Shown here piece after piece: positions 1 to 9,932 of a stretch of 64,000 bases of DNA (position 1 is the stretch's first letter; every line of letters starts with the position of its first letter). The DNA comes from a virus. The position numbers and the translations under genes were made by a program. The notes below the pieces were generated by a model. The model made no database searches, was not told the origin of the DNA, and saw only the letters and a program-made list of their open reading frames with translations. The stretch spans positions 96,001-160,000 of IMG/VR virus record IMGVR_UViG_3300017917_003388, one strand, 5' to 3'.

Positions 1-390
1 TGGAATTGAACCACTATACCATGTAATATTCCCTCCTACTCCTGCCTCCGAACCGTATTGTTGGGATATTCTAATTATATTAGCCATAGATGGAATAGTA
101 ATGGCATGATTTAAATTAGATGAAGTTGGAGATCCTATTACATTTAATAAGTTATCTCTAACTTGAAAAGCATATAATTCATTACCATAGGTAGTTACAG
201 CCATTTCAAATGCAGAATAAAAATTTACATCTTGTAATTCAACATCCATTATGGGGTAACCCAATCTATATGCACAAAACTTAGTTACTCTATCTGCATC
301 TATTTGGAATTGATAATCATTATCATAAAATCCAAATGGGGTATTACCTGGAAAAAATGATGAACTACCTGGATAATATTCTATATTCAT
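1..390 (-). CDS. Neck/head-completion protein (T4 gp13-like), runs off the left edge of the window
   Basis: Not in the ORF track. ATG at 390 reads MNIEYYPGSSSFFPGNTPFGFYDND...FCAYRLGYPIMDVELQD..., open to position 1. The RLGxPxxxVEL motif resembles the gp13 N-terminus. Confidence 0.65.
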   Translation of the reverse strand, partial: MNIEYYPGSSSFFPGNTPFGFYDNDYQFQIDADRVTKFCAYRLGYPIMDVELQDVNFYSAFEMAVTTYGNELYAFQVRDNLLNVIGSPTSSNLNHAITIPSMANIIRISQQYGSEAGVGGNITWYSGSIP

Positions 391-413
391 TGTGTGTTTT
401 ATTTATAAATATT

Positions 414-584
414 TCAATTCTGAGTATTTTTGGGTTTAAAATTATTTATATCAAATACACCTGGTGTTTCTGGTATATAATCATAAATTTCTGGGGAGTA
501 ATCATTTGGTGCATCAAAAGTATTATTACCAAAAACAGCTATACCCCAAGCAACTACAATATCATCTATAATTTGAACTCTCAT
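414..584 (-). CDS. Small hypothetical protein (56 aa) following the tail-fibre gene
   Basis: Manual translation MRVQIIDDIVVAWGIAVFGNNTFDAPNDYSPEIYDYIPETPGVFDINNFKPKNTQN*; same strand as its neighbours. Confidence 0.55.
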   Translation of the reverse strand: MRVQIIDDIVVAWGIAVFGNNTFDAPNDYSPEIYDYIPETPGVFDINNFKPKNTQN

Positions 585-609
585 AATAATTATTTTGATT
601 TAAAAAAAA

Positions 610-3600
610 TTAACTATACTTAATTCTAATAGCTTGCCCAATAGTACCAGCCGAAAAACCAACTACATATATTTCTTTATTTATAACATCAATAGATAAA
701 GCACCAGCTACCGAACTACCACCACCAACTAATCCTGTTAAGCTAGTAATAAGTGGTACTACAGAACCTAATTGATAAATTTTAACACCAACTGGTCCAC
801 TACCAGCAGAAGCATTAGTAATAATACAAGAAAATAAATACCTATTAATCTCATCTATACCAATGCTTATAACGTTATAAGCTTGGTATATTATACTATC
901 AAGTGAAAATGTTGTTGATGAAGCGATAGATAAACATACTATAGAATTATTACTTTGAGATGCTATATAATATTTATCTAGAATTTGACTATATAAACAT
1001 ATTGCACCTGTATTTATTGCACTAGATGGATTTACTATAGTTGTAGTTACTGAATCAGTTGTTGGATCAACAATAAAAACACCAGCATTTGCTGATACTA
1101 TTATTCTACCATTTTGTAAACTAGAAGAATTTTGATTCCAAGCCATCCCATGTGGGAATGAAGGAATGTTTGTTGTTATATTTCCAGTTACTGTTCCGTT
1201 ACTAGGATTAATTATCATAATTCTACCAGATCCAGCATTGATAGTTATATATATTTTTGTTGAACTAAGTTCTAAAATATCAACCCCATTTGCTGTTACT
1301 CCAACTGTTATTGATGAATTTAAACTATTTGATGAATTTATTCTAAAAATAGAAGCTGTTGACGTACTTGTTACATAAACTTCATTAGTAGAAACAATAT
1401 ATTTCATTTTATTTGCACCAGCAATAGAAACAGTAGCTAATAATTGCCCTGTTGATATATCGATAACAGACACAGTATTAGCTGCATTATTAGCAATATA
1501 TAATTTACCTGTTGAAGGAACGTATTCAATATTTCTTGTACCAGTACTACCAAGATAACTTTCTTTAATAAATGTAGTAACAGGTATAATATTATTACTT
1601 ATTGCTGATGAAGCAGTATAAGCAAATGTTCCAGATGATGTATTATATGTTACAACATGTCCTGTTCCTCCATTTTGAGTAAAACCAGAACCAGATACAG
1701 TTAACGAACCTGTTATTATTTGATTACCGTTAAATCTATTAGATCCAGTTGTTGCTAATGATGATGATCTTGATGTAAATATAGGATCTACTTCATTATA
1801 AAATGATGCAGTTTGGGTAAAACTTGAACTTAAAGCATATGATGAACTTAAGGTATATGAACTTGATAAAGCATAACTTGAAGATAAAGAATATGAACTA
1901 CTTAATGATTGAGAAGCATAACTTGCACTTAATATACTATTTGAACCAAATGGTCCATAAACATTAGATGCTGTTATATATGAAGCAGTTGCAGCATTAG
2001 TTGCCCAAGAAGCAGTACCAATTAATTCTCCGGTAAATGAACCAGTAAAAGAACCAGTATTACTTAGAAATTGATCTATTCTATTTACTGTTAAAATAAT
2101 TGATGGTATTCCGGGATGTTGGGGTGAGATTGATTCAGCTAGTAATCTTAAACTAGTATCATTAGAACGCCATATTATTTGATAATAATCATTAGCTGCT
2201 GAATTTACAAACCAATTCCAAGCTGCTACTACTTTTGAATTATTTGTTGGTAAAGTTAAAGTAGTAGCTGTATTATCTAAATCAATTCCATTTTTTCTTA
2301 ACCAAATAACAACATCATCTGATCCACCATCAGTTTTATCTATTTGTGCTGAAAATTGTATGTTATATATTCCAGCATTTTGGATTTTTATATATGTGTT
2401 AAAAGGGGATGTTGATCCTGATATTGATACCCCATTTGTAATATATGTCGTATTAAAAGACATGGAATTTGGTATATTACTTACAGGATTGGTTTGTGTA
2501 GTTGTATCATAAAAACTACCATATGAACCAGTAGCTGTATTAAATCCACCTTCTCCTCCGGTCGAACTAATTGTTACTTGACCTAAACCATTTATTGGTG
2601 ATAATAATATATTAGGACCAGCTAATATTTGAGTTACCCCACCATTTAAAGCGTATGAAGATGTATTTGAAAAGGAACTACTTAAAGCATAACTACTACT
2701 TAAACTATAACTTGAGCTTTCTACATATGATGATGATACAGCATATGAAGAACTAACGGTATAAGAACTAGTCAATGATTGAAAAGCCCAAGAAGATGTT
2801 CCTATTAATTCACCAATAAACGAACCTGTAAAACTACCGGTATTATATGATGAGGTAAATGAATTAAATGAAGATGTAGTTACAAATGAACCAGTGTCTA
2901 TTATACTTCCACTCCCAGAAATTGTTAAATTTATACTAAATTGACTTCCATCTCCTTTTAAAAATGTAATTTGGTTTTGATTGGATGATGCTGTTACTAA
3001 AGCATTTGGATTATATGATGAACTTAAAGCATAACTACTTGACTCAACAAATGAAGCAGTTAATGAATTATTAGCCCAAGAAGCAGTACCAAATAAATCC
3101 CCATTAAAACTACCAGTGAATGAACCAGTATTATAAGATGCAGTAAATAAATTAAATGAAGATGTTATTAAATTTAATGATTCTGATAGATTATTTATAC
3201 TAGCTGTTATAACGTTTAATTCGGATTTACTAGCATATATATTGCTTAATGATGAACTAAAATTTTCATATGAACCAGTAAATGAATTAAATGAAGATGT
3301 AGTTACAAATGAACCTGTATCAAATGTAGAACCAGTATCTACTGTTATACTAAATTGACTTCCATCACCTTTTGTAAAGAGTATATTATTTTGATTTGAA
3401 GATGCAGTTACTAATAAACTACCAGTATCAAATGATGAACCACTTGAACTAGCACTTATGATTAAATCAAATGTCGAACCATCTCCCTTTACAAATGTTA
3501 TTATATTAGATAAAATAGATCCTGTTATTATAGCATTCGGTGTATATGAAGCTGTATCTGCAATACCTAATAAACTACCACTAAAACTACCAGTGAATGA

Positions 3601-3852
3601 ACCAGTATTATACGATGCAGTAAATGAATTAAAAGAAGATGTAGTTACAAATGAACCAGTGTCTATTATAGTACCTTCCCCTCGTGGACCTATAGGTCCT
3701 GTTAAAATTTGAACTACAGAAGTTAATGGTTGGGTAACATCAACAGTAGTACAACATTTATTATCAATAATAGTAATAGTTTTATTTACATCTACTAATA
3801 TTACTTGATTATTATCAGGAATAATCTGAGTTGGGCCTATACAATTTGACAT
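610..3852 (-). CDS. Ser/Thr-rich tail fibre/receptor-binding protein with a C-terminal YVTN/YncE-like beta-propeller
   Basis: Repeats DTGSFVTTSSFNSFT (x3), SSSYA/TASWA runs and xFxKGDGSxF modules; C-terminal KLYIANNAANTVSVID and NEVYVTS propeller blades. Confidence 0.7.
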   Translation of the reverse strand: MSNCIGPTQIIPDNNQVILVDVNKTITIIDNKCCTTVDVTQPLTSVVQILTGPIGPRGEGTIIDTGSFVTTSSFNSFTASYNTGSFTGSFSGSLLGIADTASYTPNAIITGSILSNIITFVKGDGSTFDLIISASSSGSSFDTGSLLVTASSNQNNILFTKGDGSQFSITVDTGSTFDTGSFVTTSSFNSFTGSYENFSSSLSNIYASKSELNVITASINNLSESLNLITSSFNLFTASYNTGSFTGSFNGDLFGTASWANNSLTASFVESSSYALSSSYNPNALVTASSNQNQITFLKGDGSQFSINLTISGSGSIIDTGSFVTTSSFNSFTSSYNTGSFTGSFIGELIGTSSWAFQSLTSSYTVSSSYAVSSSYVESSSYSLSSSYALSSSFSNTSSYALNGGVTQILAGPNILLSPINGLGQVTISSTGGEGGFNTATGSYGSFYDTTTQTNPVSNIPNSMSFNTTYITNGVSISGSTSPFNTYIKIQNAGIYNIQFSAQIDKTDGGSDDVVIWLRKNGIDLDNTATTLTLPTNNSKVVAAWNWFVNSAANDYYQIIWRSNDTSLRLLAESISPQHPGIPSIILTVNRIDQFLSNTGSFTGSFTGELIGTASWATNAATASYITASNVYGPFGSNSILSASYASQSLSSSYSLSSSYALSSSYTLSSSYALSSSFTQTASFYNEVDPIFTSRSSSLATTGSNRFNGNQIITGSLTVSGSGFTQNGGTGHVVTYNTSSGTFAYTASSAISNNIIPVTTFIKESYLGSTGTRNIEYVPSTGKLYIANNAANTVSVIDISTGQLLATVSIAGANKMKYIVSTNEVYVTSTSTASIFRINSSNSLNSSITVGVTANGVDILELSSTKIYITINAGSGRIMIINPSNGTVTGNITTNIPSFPHGMAWNQNSSSLQNGRIIVSANAGVFIVDPTTDSVTTTIVNPSSAINTGAICLYSQILDKYYIASQSNNSIVCLSIASSTTFSLDSIIYQAYNVISIGIDEINRYLFSCIITNASAGSGPVGVKIYQLGSVVPLITSLTGLVGGGSSVAGALSIDVINKEIYVVGFSAGTIGQAIRIKYS

Positions 3853-4232
3853 TATAATGTGACATTAGGGGATAATTTAACTTGACCTTCTAAAATTCTA
3901 GACACAAAACTACCAGATGAAATTTCTAAATCATATACTCCTGTATCAAAATCTAAAGCAGAAGAAGATACAGCTGATATATATATTCCTATTGAACCCG
4001 AAGTAGGTGGGGTAGTTCCATTTGAACCACTAAAATTAATTCCCGTTCCATCACTATCTAATGAACTACTCAAAGTAATATATACATCAGGAGAACCTAC
4101 GGATGGTCTAATTTGCATTTTACCACTATATCCTGTTAAATCTATAGGATTTGAATTTGAATCTTTATATTGGAGTTCTAAATTAAATGTTGCTCCTTGT
4201 TCTATAACAAATGAATATCTACCTGCTGACAT
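3852..4232 (-). CDS. Virion Ig-like adaptor protein (BppU-like)
   Basis: IEQGATF...PIDLTGY...MQIR...GVYDLEI...RILEG pattern typical of small tail/baseplate adaptors; translationally coupled to the fibre gene. Confidence 0.55.
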   Translation of the reverse strand: MSAGRYSFVIEQGATFNLELQYKDSNSNPIDLTGYSGKMQIRPSVGSPDVYITLSSSLDSDGTGINFSGSNGTTPPTSGSIGIYISAVSSSALDFDTGVYDLEISSGSFVSRILEGQVKLSPNVTL

Positions 4233-4236
4233 ATTT

Positions 4237-4920
4237 TTAGTCTCTAAATTCTTCGTATGTTTTTAAAATTTCTTCTACTATTTCATGACGATGGTTTTTC
4301 TTTAATGTAATTATTCTTACACCTTTGATTCTTTCTTCAAGACGAGGAAAAAATCCAATACCACTATCTTTTTTACCTTTGGGTAAATCTACTTGTGACA
4401 TATCTCCACAAAATACTATTTTACCACCTTTCCCTAAACGACCTAACATCATTTCAGTTTGACTATGGGTAATATTTTGACATTCATCAACTATAACAAA
4501 AGCATTAGGAAATGTTCTACCACGCATAAATGCAAATGGTACTATTTCAATTTGATTTTCCAACACCATTTTATCTATTTTTTCTTTATCATATAACATA
4601 TATAAATTAGCATATATGGGTGCTAACCAAGGATCCATTTTTTCTTTCAAATCACCAGGTAAAAATCCAATTTCTTCTTTAGATACAGTTGGACGTGTGA
4701 TTATTATTTTATCCATCTCTTTTTTAAATACTAAATCTAAAGCAATTTGACATGCAAGTAAAGTTTTTCCACTACCAGCCATTCCTTTAACTAAAGTTAC
4801 TGGATTGTCTAATATTATTTGCTTTGCATCTTTTTGCTCATCATTAAGAGATAATTTGAATTTAATGTCACCTTTGGGCTTTCTCTTTTCTTTAAAAATA
4901 TCTTCGTTATTAATAGACAT
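4237..4920 (-). CDS. phoH: PhoH-family ATPase
   Basis: GMAGSGKT Walker A, ITRP, GFLPGDLKEKMDPW, FMRGRTF, IVDECQN, GDMSQVDL and RHEIV motifs. Confidence 0.95.
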   Translation of the reverse strand: MSINNEDIFKEKRKPKGDIKFKLSLNDEQKDAKQIILDNPVTLVKGMAGSGKTLLACQIALDLVFKKEMDKIIITRPTVSKEEIGFLPGDLKEKMDPWLAPIYANLYMLYDKEKIDKMVLENQIEIVPFAFMRGRTFPNAFVIVDECQNITHSQTEMMLGRLGKGGKIVFCGDMSQVDLPKGKKDSGIGFFPRLEERIKGVRIITLKKNHRHEIVEEILKTYEEFRD

Positions 4921-4966
4921 AGTTGAATTGTTTTATTATAAATATTATAAATAAAAGGAAAATATT

Positions 4967-6310
4967 TTATTTATTCCATTCAAATTTTAAATTACCAGTA
5001 TTCCAAACTCTATAATACCCTTTATTTAACATTATTTCATATTCAGTTAATAATTTGTTTTCTCCTTGACTGACTAATATATCTTTTCTAAAATTAAATC
5101 TATTATATTTTATTTTAGATTTAAACCAATTATATCCTGGTGGAGTGGGTTTTAATTGAGTCATATTTAATTGATTATATAATTTACCATCACTCCAATC
5201 CCTATTAGCAAATGAAATTATTTTGTATGGGTTATATTTATTTATAAAATGTTTAAATAATTTAGATGCACCACCAATAACATTTGTATTTAATTTATTA
5301 CAAAATCTAATTAATTCATAATGTCCTTCTATATGAGTTTGTTTTAAATTTTTTCTAAGTTTACCAAAAGTCATAACTGATACTAATTCATCATCATAAT
5401 ATAACCCTAAACTATATTTACATATAGCATTACCCTGAAGATGATTTGTTTTTAAAAATAATACACTTTCTTTTTTGGTTATCTCTTTAATATTACATTT
5501 TCTGGCATATATTTTGTTTGGAGTTTTACTTAATTGGTTTATTAATATGGATTTAATAATATCATTATTGTATATCCAATCACTATCCCATATGTGAATT
5601 AATTTAATACCTAAATCATTACATTCTTTAGTTTTATTTAAATGATAATTTTTATCCTTATATAAATCTGAATGATAATATGTACCATTAAATTCTATAG
5701 CTATTTTTACATCTGGTAAATATATATCTAATTCTTTACCAGATAATATAATATTATCATTTAGAATAATGGTTTTTTTATATATATTTTTAATAAATTC
5801 TACTAGTTCTTGTTCTAGTTTAGAAACTCCTTTAAATAATCCCTTTTCGTTTTCTATTCGTTTTATAGCACTTATTCTCATTTGTTTCTTAGTTGTTTCA
5901 GAATGTATTAAATGTCCAGGTTTTACCCAATCCCAATGTCCTTTAATATATTCATTATGATATTGATTATTTTTTCCATTAGGAAGAATTTTTACATTTT
6001 CTCCACATCCACATTTACAAGTAGGAGCAACCCCATTAAGAAAATATTTTATTATATATTCTTCTTTAGATATATTTTTATGATTTTTAGTTATATGATA
6101 CATTAATTGTCTATTATTTATCATTTTTTGATTACATATTTTACATTCAAAATTAGAGTCTTGTTTTAAATAATCTTCATTTATTTTTTTAGACCTAAAT
6201 TCTCCATGTTTTTTGATATAATCTTTTGTCTTTAAACCATCATGTTTCCATTTAAAATGCATTGCTGCTTTTCTTGGAGTAATTTCTTCATTACATATTT
6301 TACATTTCAT
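4967..6310 (-). CDS. Hef-like free-standing homing endonuclease (zinc fingers plus Vsr/PD-(D/E)XK-like domain)
   Basis: CKIC..H..H fingers, CKCGCG, ELDIYLPDVKIAIEFNGTYYHS, LIHIWDSDW, NHLQG, ELIRFC, IGGASKL; sits directly after the capsid-gene terminator with its own promoter box. Confidence 0.75.
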   Translation of the reverse strand: MKCKICNEEITPRKAAMHFKWKHDGLKTKDYIKKHGEFRSKKINEDYLKQDSNFECKICNQKMINNRQLMYHITKNHKNISKEEYIIKYFLNGVAPTCKCGCGENVKILPNGKNNQYHNEYIKGHWDWVKPGHLIHSETTKKQMRISAIKRIENEKGLFKGVSKLEQELVEFIKNIYKKTIILNDNIILSGKELDIYLPDVKIAIEFNGTYYHSDLYKDKNYHLNKTKECNDLGIKLIHIWDSDWIYNNDIIKSILINQLSKTPNKIYARKCNIKEITKKESVLFLKTNHLQGNAICKYSLGLYYDDELVSVMTFGKLRKNLKQTHIEGHYELIRFCNKLNTNVIGGASKLFKHFINKYNPYKIISFANRDWSDGKLYNQLNMTQLKPTPPGYNWFKSKIKYNRFNFRKDILVSQGENKLLTEYEIMLNKGYYRVWNTGNLKFEWNK

Positions 6311-6350
6311 GCTAAAAATATTTTACGACCTAAATTTTATGATAAATATA

Positions 6351-6386
6351 AAAAAAAAATGGAGAAAACCAAAGTTTTCTCCATTT
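6351..6386 (-). terminator. Intrinsic terminator after the major capsid gene
   Basis: Minus strand AAATGGAGAAAAC-TTTG-GTTTTCTCCATTT followed by a T run. Confidence 0.8.
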
Positions 6387-6404
6387 CAAAATTAGAAATT
6401 TATA

Positions 6405-8057
6405 TTATAGAGTATTTAAACCACTAACATAAATTTTTCCATAAAATTCTGGTCTTAACATTTTCTTAGCATAACGAGTCATCAGACCTTTACGTGGAGT
6501 AAATGTATCTGGATCATATACTAAAGGAGTCATGATAAGTGGAACATATGGAGCAAACACAGCACCTGATTCAAGGAATTGTTTTCCACGGAATCCCATT
6601 AATATAACATTTTCAGTCATATATGGATTTTTATAAACTGTGTAACGGTTATTGATAGCTCCTACTTTTTGAACACCCATCGCAAACTCAGCATTTGCAG
6701 CATCCCCATTTGTATTTGCAGCAAATCCAGGAATAGATTCTAATACTGTTGCTACTGTTGGAGAACATACTAAGAAGTTAGCACCACCACGTAAAGTTAA
6801 TTGGTGAATCTTATTAGATACTTTCTGCATTTTAGTACCAAGAGTTTGGAACCATTGTCCTTGTGAATTGTAGAAACCTAAACTAGCTGTGAAATCAGTA
6901 CCACCGGCATTTAATGTAGTATTGTTAACTACTGACCAGTATTCTGTAGCAGCTGCTGCATCTTCAATTAACATGTCAAGAACTTCAAGATCAATTTCCA
7001 TTGAAATATATTCACTCATAATATTTGTCAATTCTTGTTCTGCATCAATATTTTGATATGCATTTAAGTCTTGAGCAAATTCAGGAGTCCATACTGCTTT
7101 TAATTTTTTAGTTTTAGCAGTAATAGCTTGAGATTGCATTTTGATATTAATTTCAGGAATTGAAATTGAAGTAGCACTTGCAGCGTTTGGAACTGAGAAT
7201 GAAGGTGCACTTGTAGCTTCAAAATCACCACGATTATTATCAGCTGTAATTTTATTATATTCTACTAACCATGATCCTGAAGCTGCTACTTCAGCTGATG
7301 ATGCAGTAACATAGAATGTAATAGTTCCAGATGTATAATTGTATGAGTTAAATGCTGATAAGTTATCAGCTACAGCTACTGAACCTGAAGAAATGATGAA
7401 TGCTCTAACACCATCAGGATCAAATGCAGTTAATGATGATGTAGAAACAGTAATTGCTTTTACTTCATTTCTTGCTACAGATGCTGATAGATCTGAATCA
7501 AATCCTAAGTTAGCCCAAGATGCTGATGCGTGTGTACCAGCTACAGATGCTGAGAATTGGTTAGTTGAGTAAGCAAATCTTCCAGGTCCATATAAACCAC
7601 CAGTTGTTCCTGTTGTTTGGTATGGGAATCTTCCACTAGCATCACGAGAACCATATAATGAAGTTCCGCTAGTAAATGGATTTTTAGTATTTCCATATTG
7701 GAAATCTAAGAAGAATACTAGTCCTGAAGGTAAATTCATTGGTTGAACGCTAACAAATTCTTTTGCAGCTATTGAACCAAATACTTTACGTACTAAAGGA
7801 AGAGCGATTCCTGCCCAGTTTTCAGATTGACCTACAGTAAATGTACCTGCGCTAGTTCCAGCACCTGTTGAGTTTGCTTCTATAACTAATTGTTTAGCTT
7901 GGTTTTCAAGAATAAGAGCCATATTATTTCTCTCAACGTCTGAACCTAGCTTTTCAAGTAAACCAGTTTTAGCCCACTTTGTTGCTAATCTAGAGGCATC
8001 ACTCTGAAGTGATTTCCAGGGATTAGCAGATTCTAATAATGATTGAATTGTATCCAT
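6405..8057 (-). CDS. Major capsid protein (T4 gp23-like)
   Basis: LPLVRKVF, VSVQPMNLPSGLVF, ITAKTKKLKAVWTPEFAQDLNAY, EYISMEIDLE, FAPYVPL and FTPRKGLMTRYA motifs. Confidence 0.95.
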   Translation of the reverse strand: MDTIQSLLESANPWKSLQSDASRLATKWAKTGLLEKLGSDVERNNMALILENQAKQLVIEANSTGAGTSAGTFTVGQSENWAGIALPLVRKVFGSIAAKEFVSVQPMNLPSGLVFFLDFQYGNTKNPFTSGTSLYGSRDASGRFPYQTTGTTGGLYGPGRFAYSTNQFSASVAGTHASASWANLGFDSDLSASVARNEVKAITVSTSSLTAFDPDGVRAFIISSGSVAVADNLSAFNSYNYTSGTITFYVTASSAEVAASGSWLVEYNKITADNNRGDFEATSAPSFSVPNAASATSISIPEINIKMQSQAITAKTKKLKAVWTPEFAQDLNAYQNIDAEQELTNIMSEYISMEIDLEVLDMLIEDAAAATEYWSVVNNTTLNAGGTDFTASLGFYNSQGQWFQTLGTKMQKVSNKIHQLTLRGGANFLVCSPTVATVLESIPGFAANTNGDAANAEFAMGVQKVGAINNRYTVYKNPYMTENVILMGFRGKQFLESGAVFAPYVPLIMTPLVYDPDTFTPRKGLMTRYAKKMLRPEFYGKIYVSGLNTL

Positions 8058-8083
8058 GTTTTTAAGTTTGTTTGTTTTTTAAA

Positions 8084-9115
8084 TTATTTTTTTCCAAATG
8101 CTAATTCACGCATACGAGCGAAAGCATCTTCATTAATAATTGTTTTAGTTGAATTTGTATTTGTTATTACTTTTGAAGCTATACCAGTTATAGATTCTTT
8201 AATTTGTGATTTATTAGGTTTTATACTCACGCTTAAAGTCTCATAAATTAATTTAGCTTCATCTTTAGTTTTAGCTTTATCAAATGCTTCTAGCACTTTA
8301 ACTTTTTGAGATTCAGTTAATGAAGTGTTGCGGAAAATTTTATTAGTATAAAGCAATTTAGCATTTAACAAATTAGTATTATTTATTTCCTCATTAAGAG
8401 TTTTAATTAATTCTAATGCTTCTTTTAATTCATCAGATTTATCTTCTTTTTTAGCTTCAGAAAGATCTTCATCTGTTGATTCAGATTCTTCTAATTCTTT
8501 TAAAAGTTCATCTAATGATATTTCTTCATCTAATTCTTCTTCGTCTATATTAACTTCAGACATCATATCTTCATCTTCAATTTCAATATCTTCAGATTCT
8601 TCTTCGTCTTCAGTTTCTTCAGCGTCCATATTAGGTACTTCATCTTCCATTCCTTCATGTCCACCTTCCAATTCACCAGATGCTATCATATCTTTGATTA
8701 CACTTTCAATAAAACCAGTTAAATCTTCACTAGACATATCTTCGATTGAAATTTCTTCTTCATCTTCGTCTTTGTCTTTGTCTTCATCTTTATCTTCTTT
8801 CTTATCTTCATCTTTCGATTTAGCTTCAGAAAGATCTTCATCTGTTGATTCAGATTCTTCTAATTCTTTTAAAAGTTCATCTAATGATATTTCTTCATCT
8901 AATTCCATATCATCTACTTCATTTGTTGAATCTTCATTTACTTTTTCTTTAATTTCATCTTCTTGCTCCATTTCATTTATTTTAGCAGAAAATTTTTCTT
9001 TTAAGAATGGGGTAAATGATTCTTCAAGTGATGCTTTAGCATTTGCAATAGCCATTTCTTTGATAGCTTTCGCATCAGCAATTGCTTCCATAAGCAATTC
9101 TCTATTTTTACTCAT
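8084..9115 (-). CDS. Prohead core/scaffolding protein (gp22-like)
   Basis: Very acidic coiled-coil protein between protease and capsid genes, with many (I/L)xE potential protease sites. Confidence 0.75.
   Translation of the reverse strand: MSKNRELLMEAIADAKAIKEMAIANAKASLEESFTPFLKEKFSAKINEMEQEDEIKEKVNEDSTNEVDDMELDEEISLDELLKELEESESTDEDLSEAKSKDEDKKEDKDEDKDKDEDEEEISIEDMSSEDLTGFIESVIKDMIASGELEGGHEGMEDEVPNMDAEETEDEEESEDIEIEDEDMMSEVNIDEEELDEEISLDELLKELEESESTDEDLSEAKKEDKSDELKEALELIKTLNEEINNTNLLNAKLLYTNKIFRNTSLTESQKVKVLEAFDKAKTKDEAKLIYETLSVSIKPNKSQIKESITGIASKVITNTNSTKTIINEDAFARMRELAFGKK
8450..8905. repeat. Perfect 87-bp direct repeat inside the scaffold gene (8450-8536 and 8819-8905)
   Basis: Both copies encode ELDEEISLDELLKELEESESTDEDLSEAK and are nucleotide-identical. 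Confidence 0.9.
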
Positions 9116-9260
9116 TGTTCCTTAATTTTTTAATTGGAAATACGCTTAATATATAATAGGGAGAAGCGTAATAAATATATTAATTACCTTTGATACCTCA
9201 TATTGATTGGGTATAATCAAATATAAATATATTAAAAACTATTAAAGTCGCATTTAAAAC

Positions 9261-9295
9261 AAAAAAAGGCATTCCTCTTTATAGAGAAATGCCTT
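9261..9295 (-). terminator. Intrinsic terminator after the prohead protease gene
   Basis: Minus strand AAGGCATTTCTCT-ATAA-AGAGGAATGCCTT followed by Ts. Confidence 0.7.
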
Positions 9296-9332
9296 CTTTA
9301 ATATATAATAATATTTTTAACTATTCTATATT

Positions 9333-9929
9333 CTAAAATATAGGACAAGTACCATTAGAACATAATATTTCAGTAATTATGTTGTTTACACTATGATATG
9401 GATTAATATTTGAATATGATTTATTTTCATTAATAGGCATCATATATGAACCTGGGTTTGATGGATTTGAAACAAAATCAAAACATACTAATTCAAAATC
9501 ATCTTGTACTTCTAAAAGTTCACCCATTTGTTTTAATGAACCTAATCCCCTAGATGACACACCTAGTTTTATTTTATTTTCAATTAATGCTTTCAAAATA
9601 TTTCCAGATGGAGTAGGTAGTATTTCTATAATACCCATTATTTTATCTCCATCCCACCATATTTTAGTTATATTATGAGATACATTTTTGAGATTTATAA
9701 TTTGAGAATCTGGATGGTCTAGTTCACCTATAGCTCTATTTTCGGCTACTAAATCTAAATATTTTTTTATTTCTCTTTCCCATAATTCTCTTTTATAATA
9801 TCGACCATTCCCATTTTTTACTTCACATGTAGCTAGAATACCTTCTACTAAAGGATTCCCACGCATACTTTTATTTTCAGTAATTAAAAATGAAGATGGG
9901 GTAAAAGTTTCTACAAGTAATGATTTCAT
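9333..9929 (-). CDS. Prohead protease (T4 gp21-like)
   Basis: KNGNGRYY, AIGELDHP, VSHNI, TPSGNIL, GVSSRGLGS and FDFVSNPS motifs. Confidence 0.95.
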   Translation of the reverse strand: MKSLLVETFTPSSFLITENKSMRGNPLVEGILATCEVKNGNGRYYKRELWEREIKKYLDLVAENRAIGELDHPDSQIINLKNVSHNITKIWWDGDKIMGIIEILPTPSGNILKALIENKIKLGVSSRGLGSLKQMGELLEVQDDFELVCFDFVSNPSNPGSYMMPINENKSYSNINPYHSVNNIITEILCSNGTCPIF

Positions 9930-9932
9930 TTT

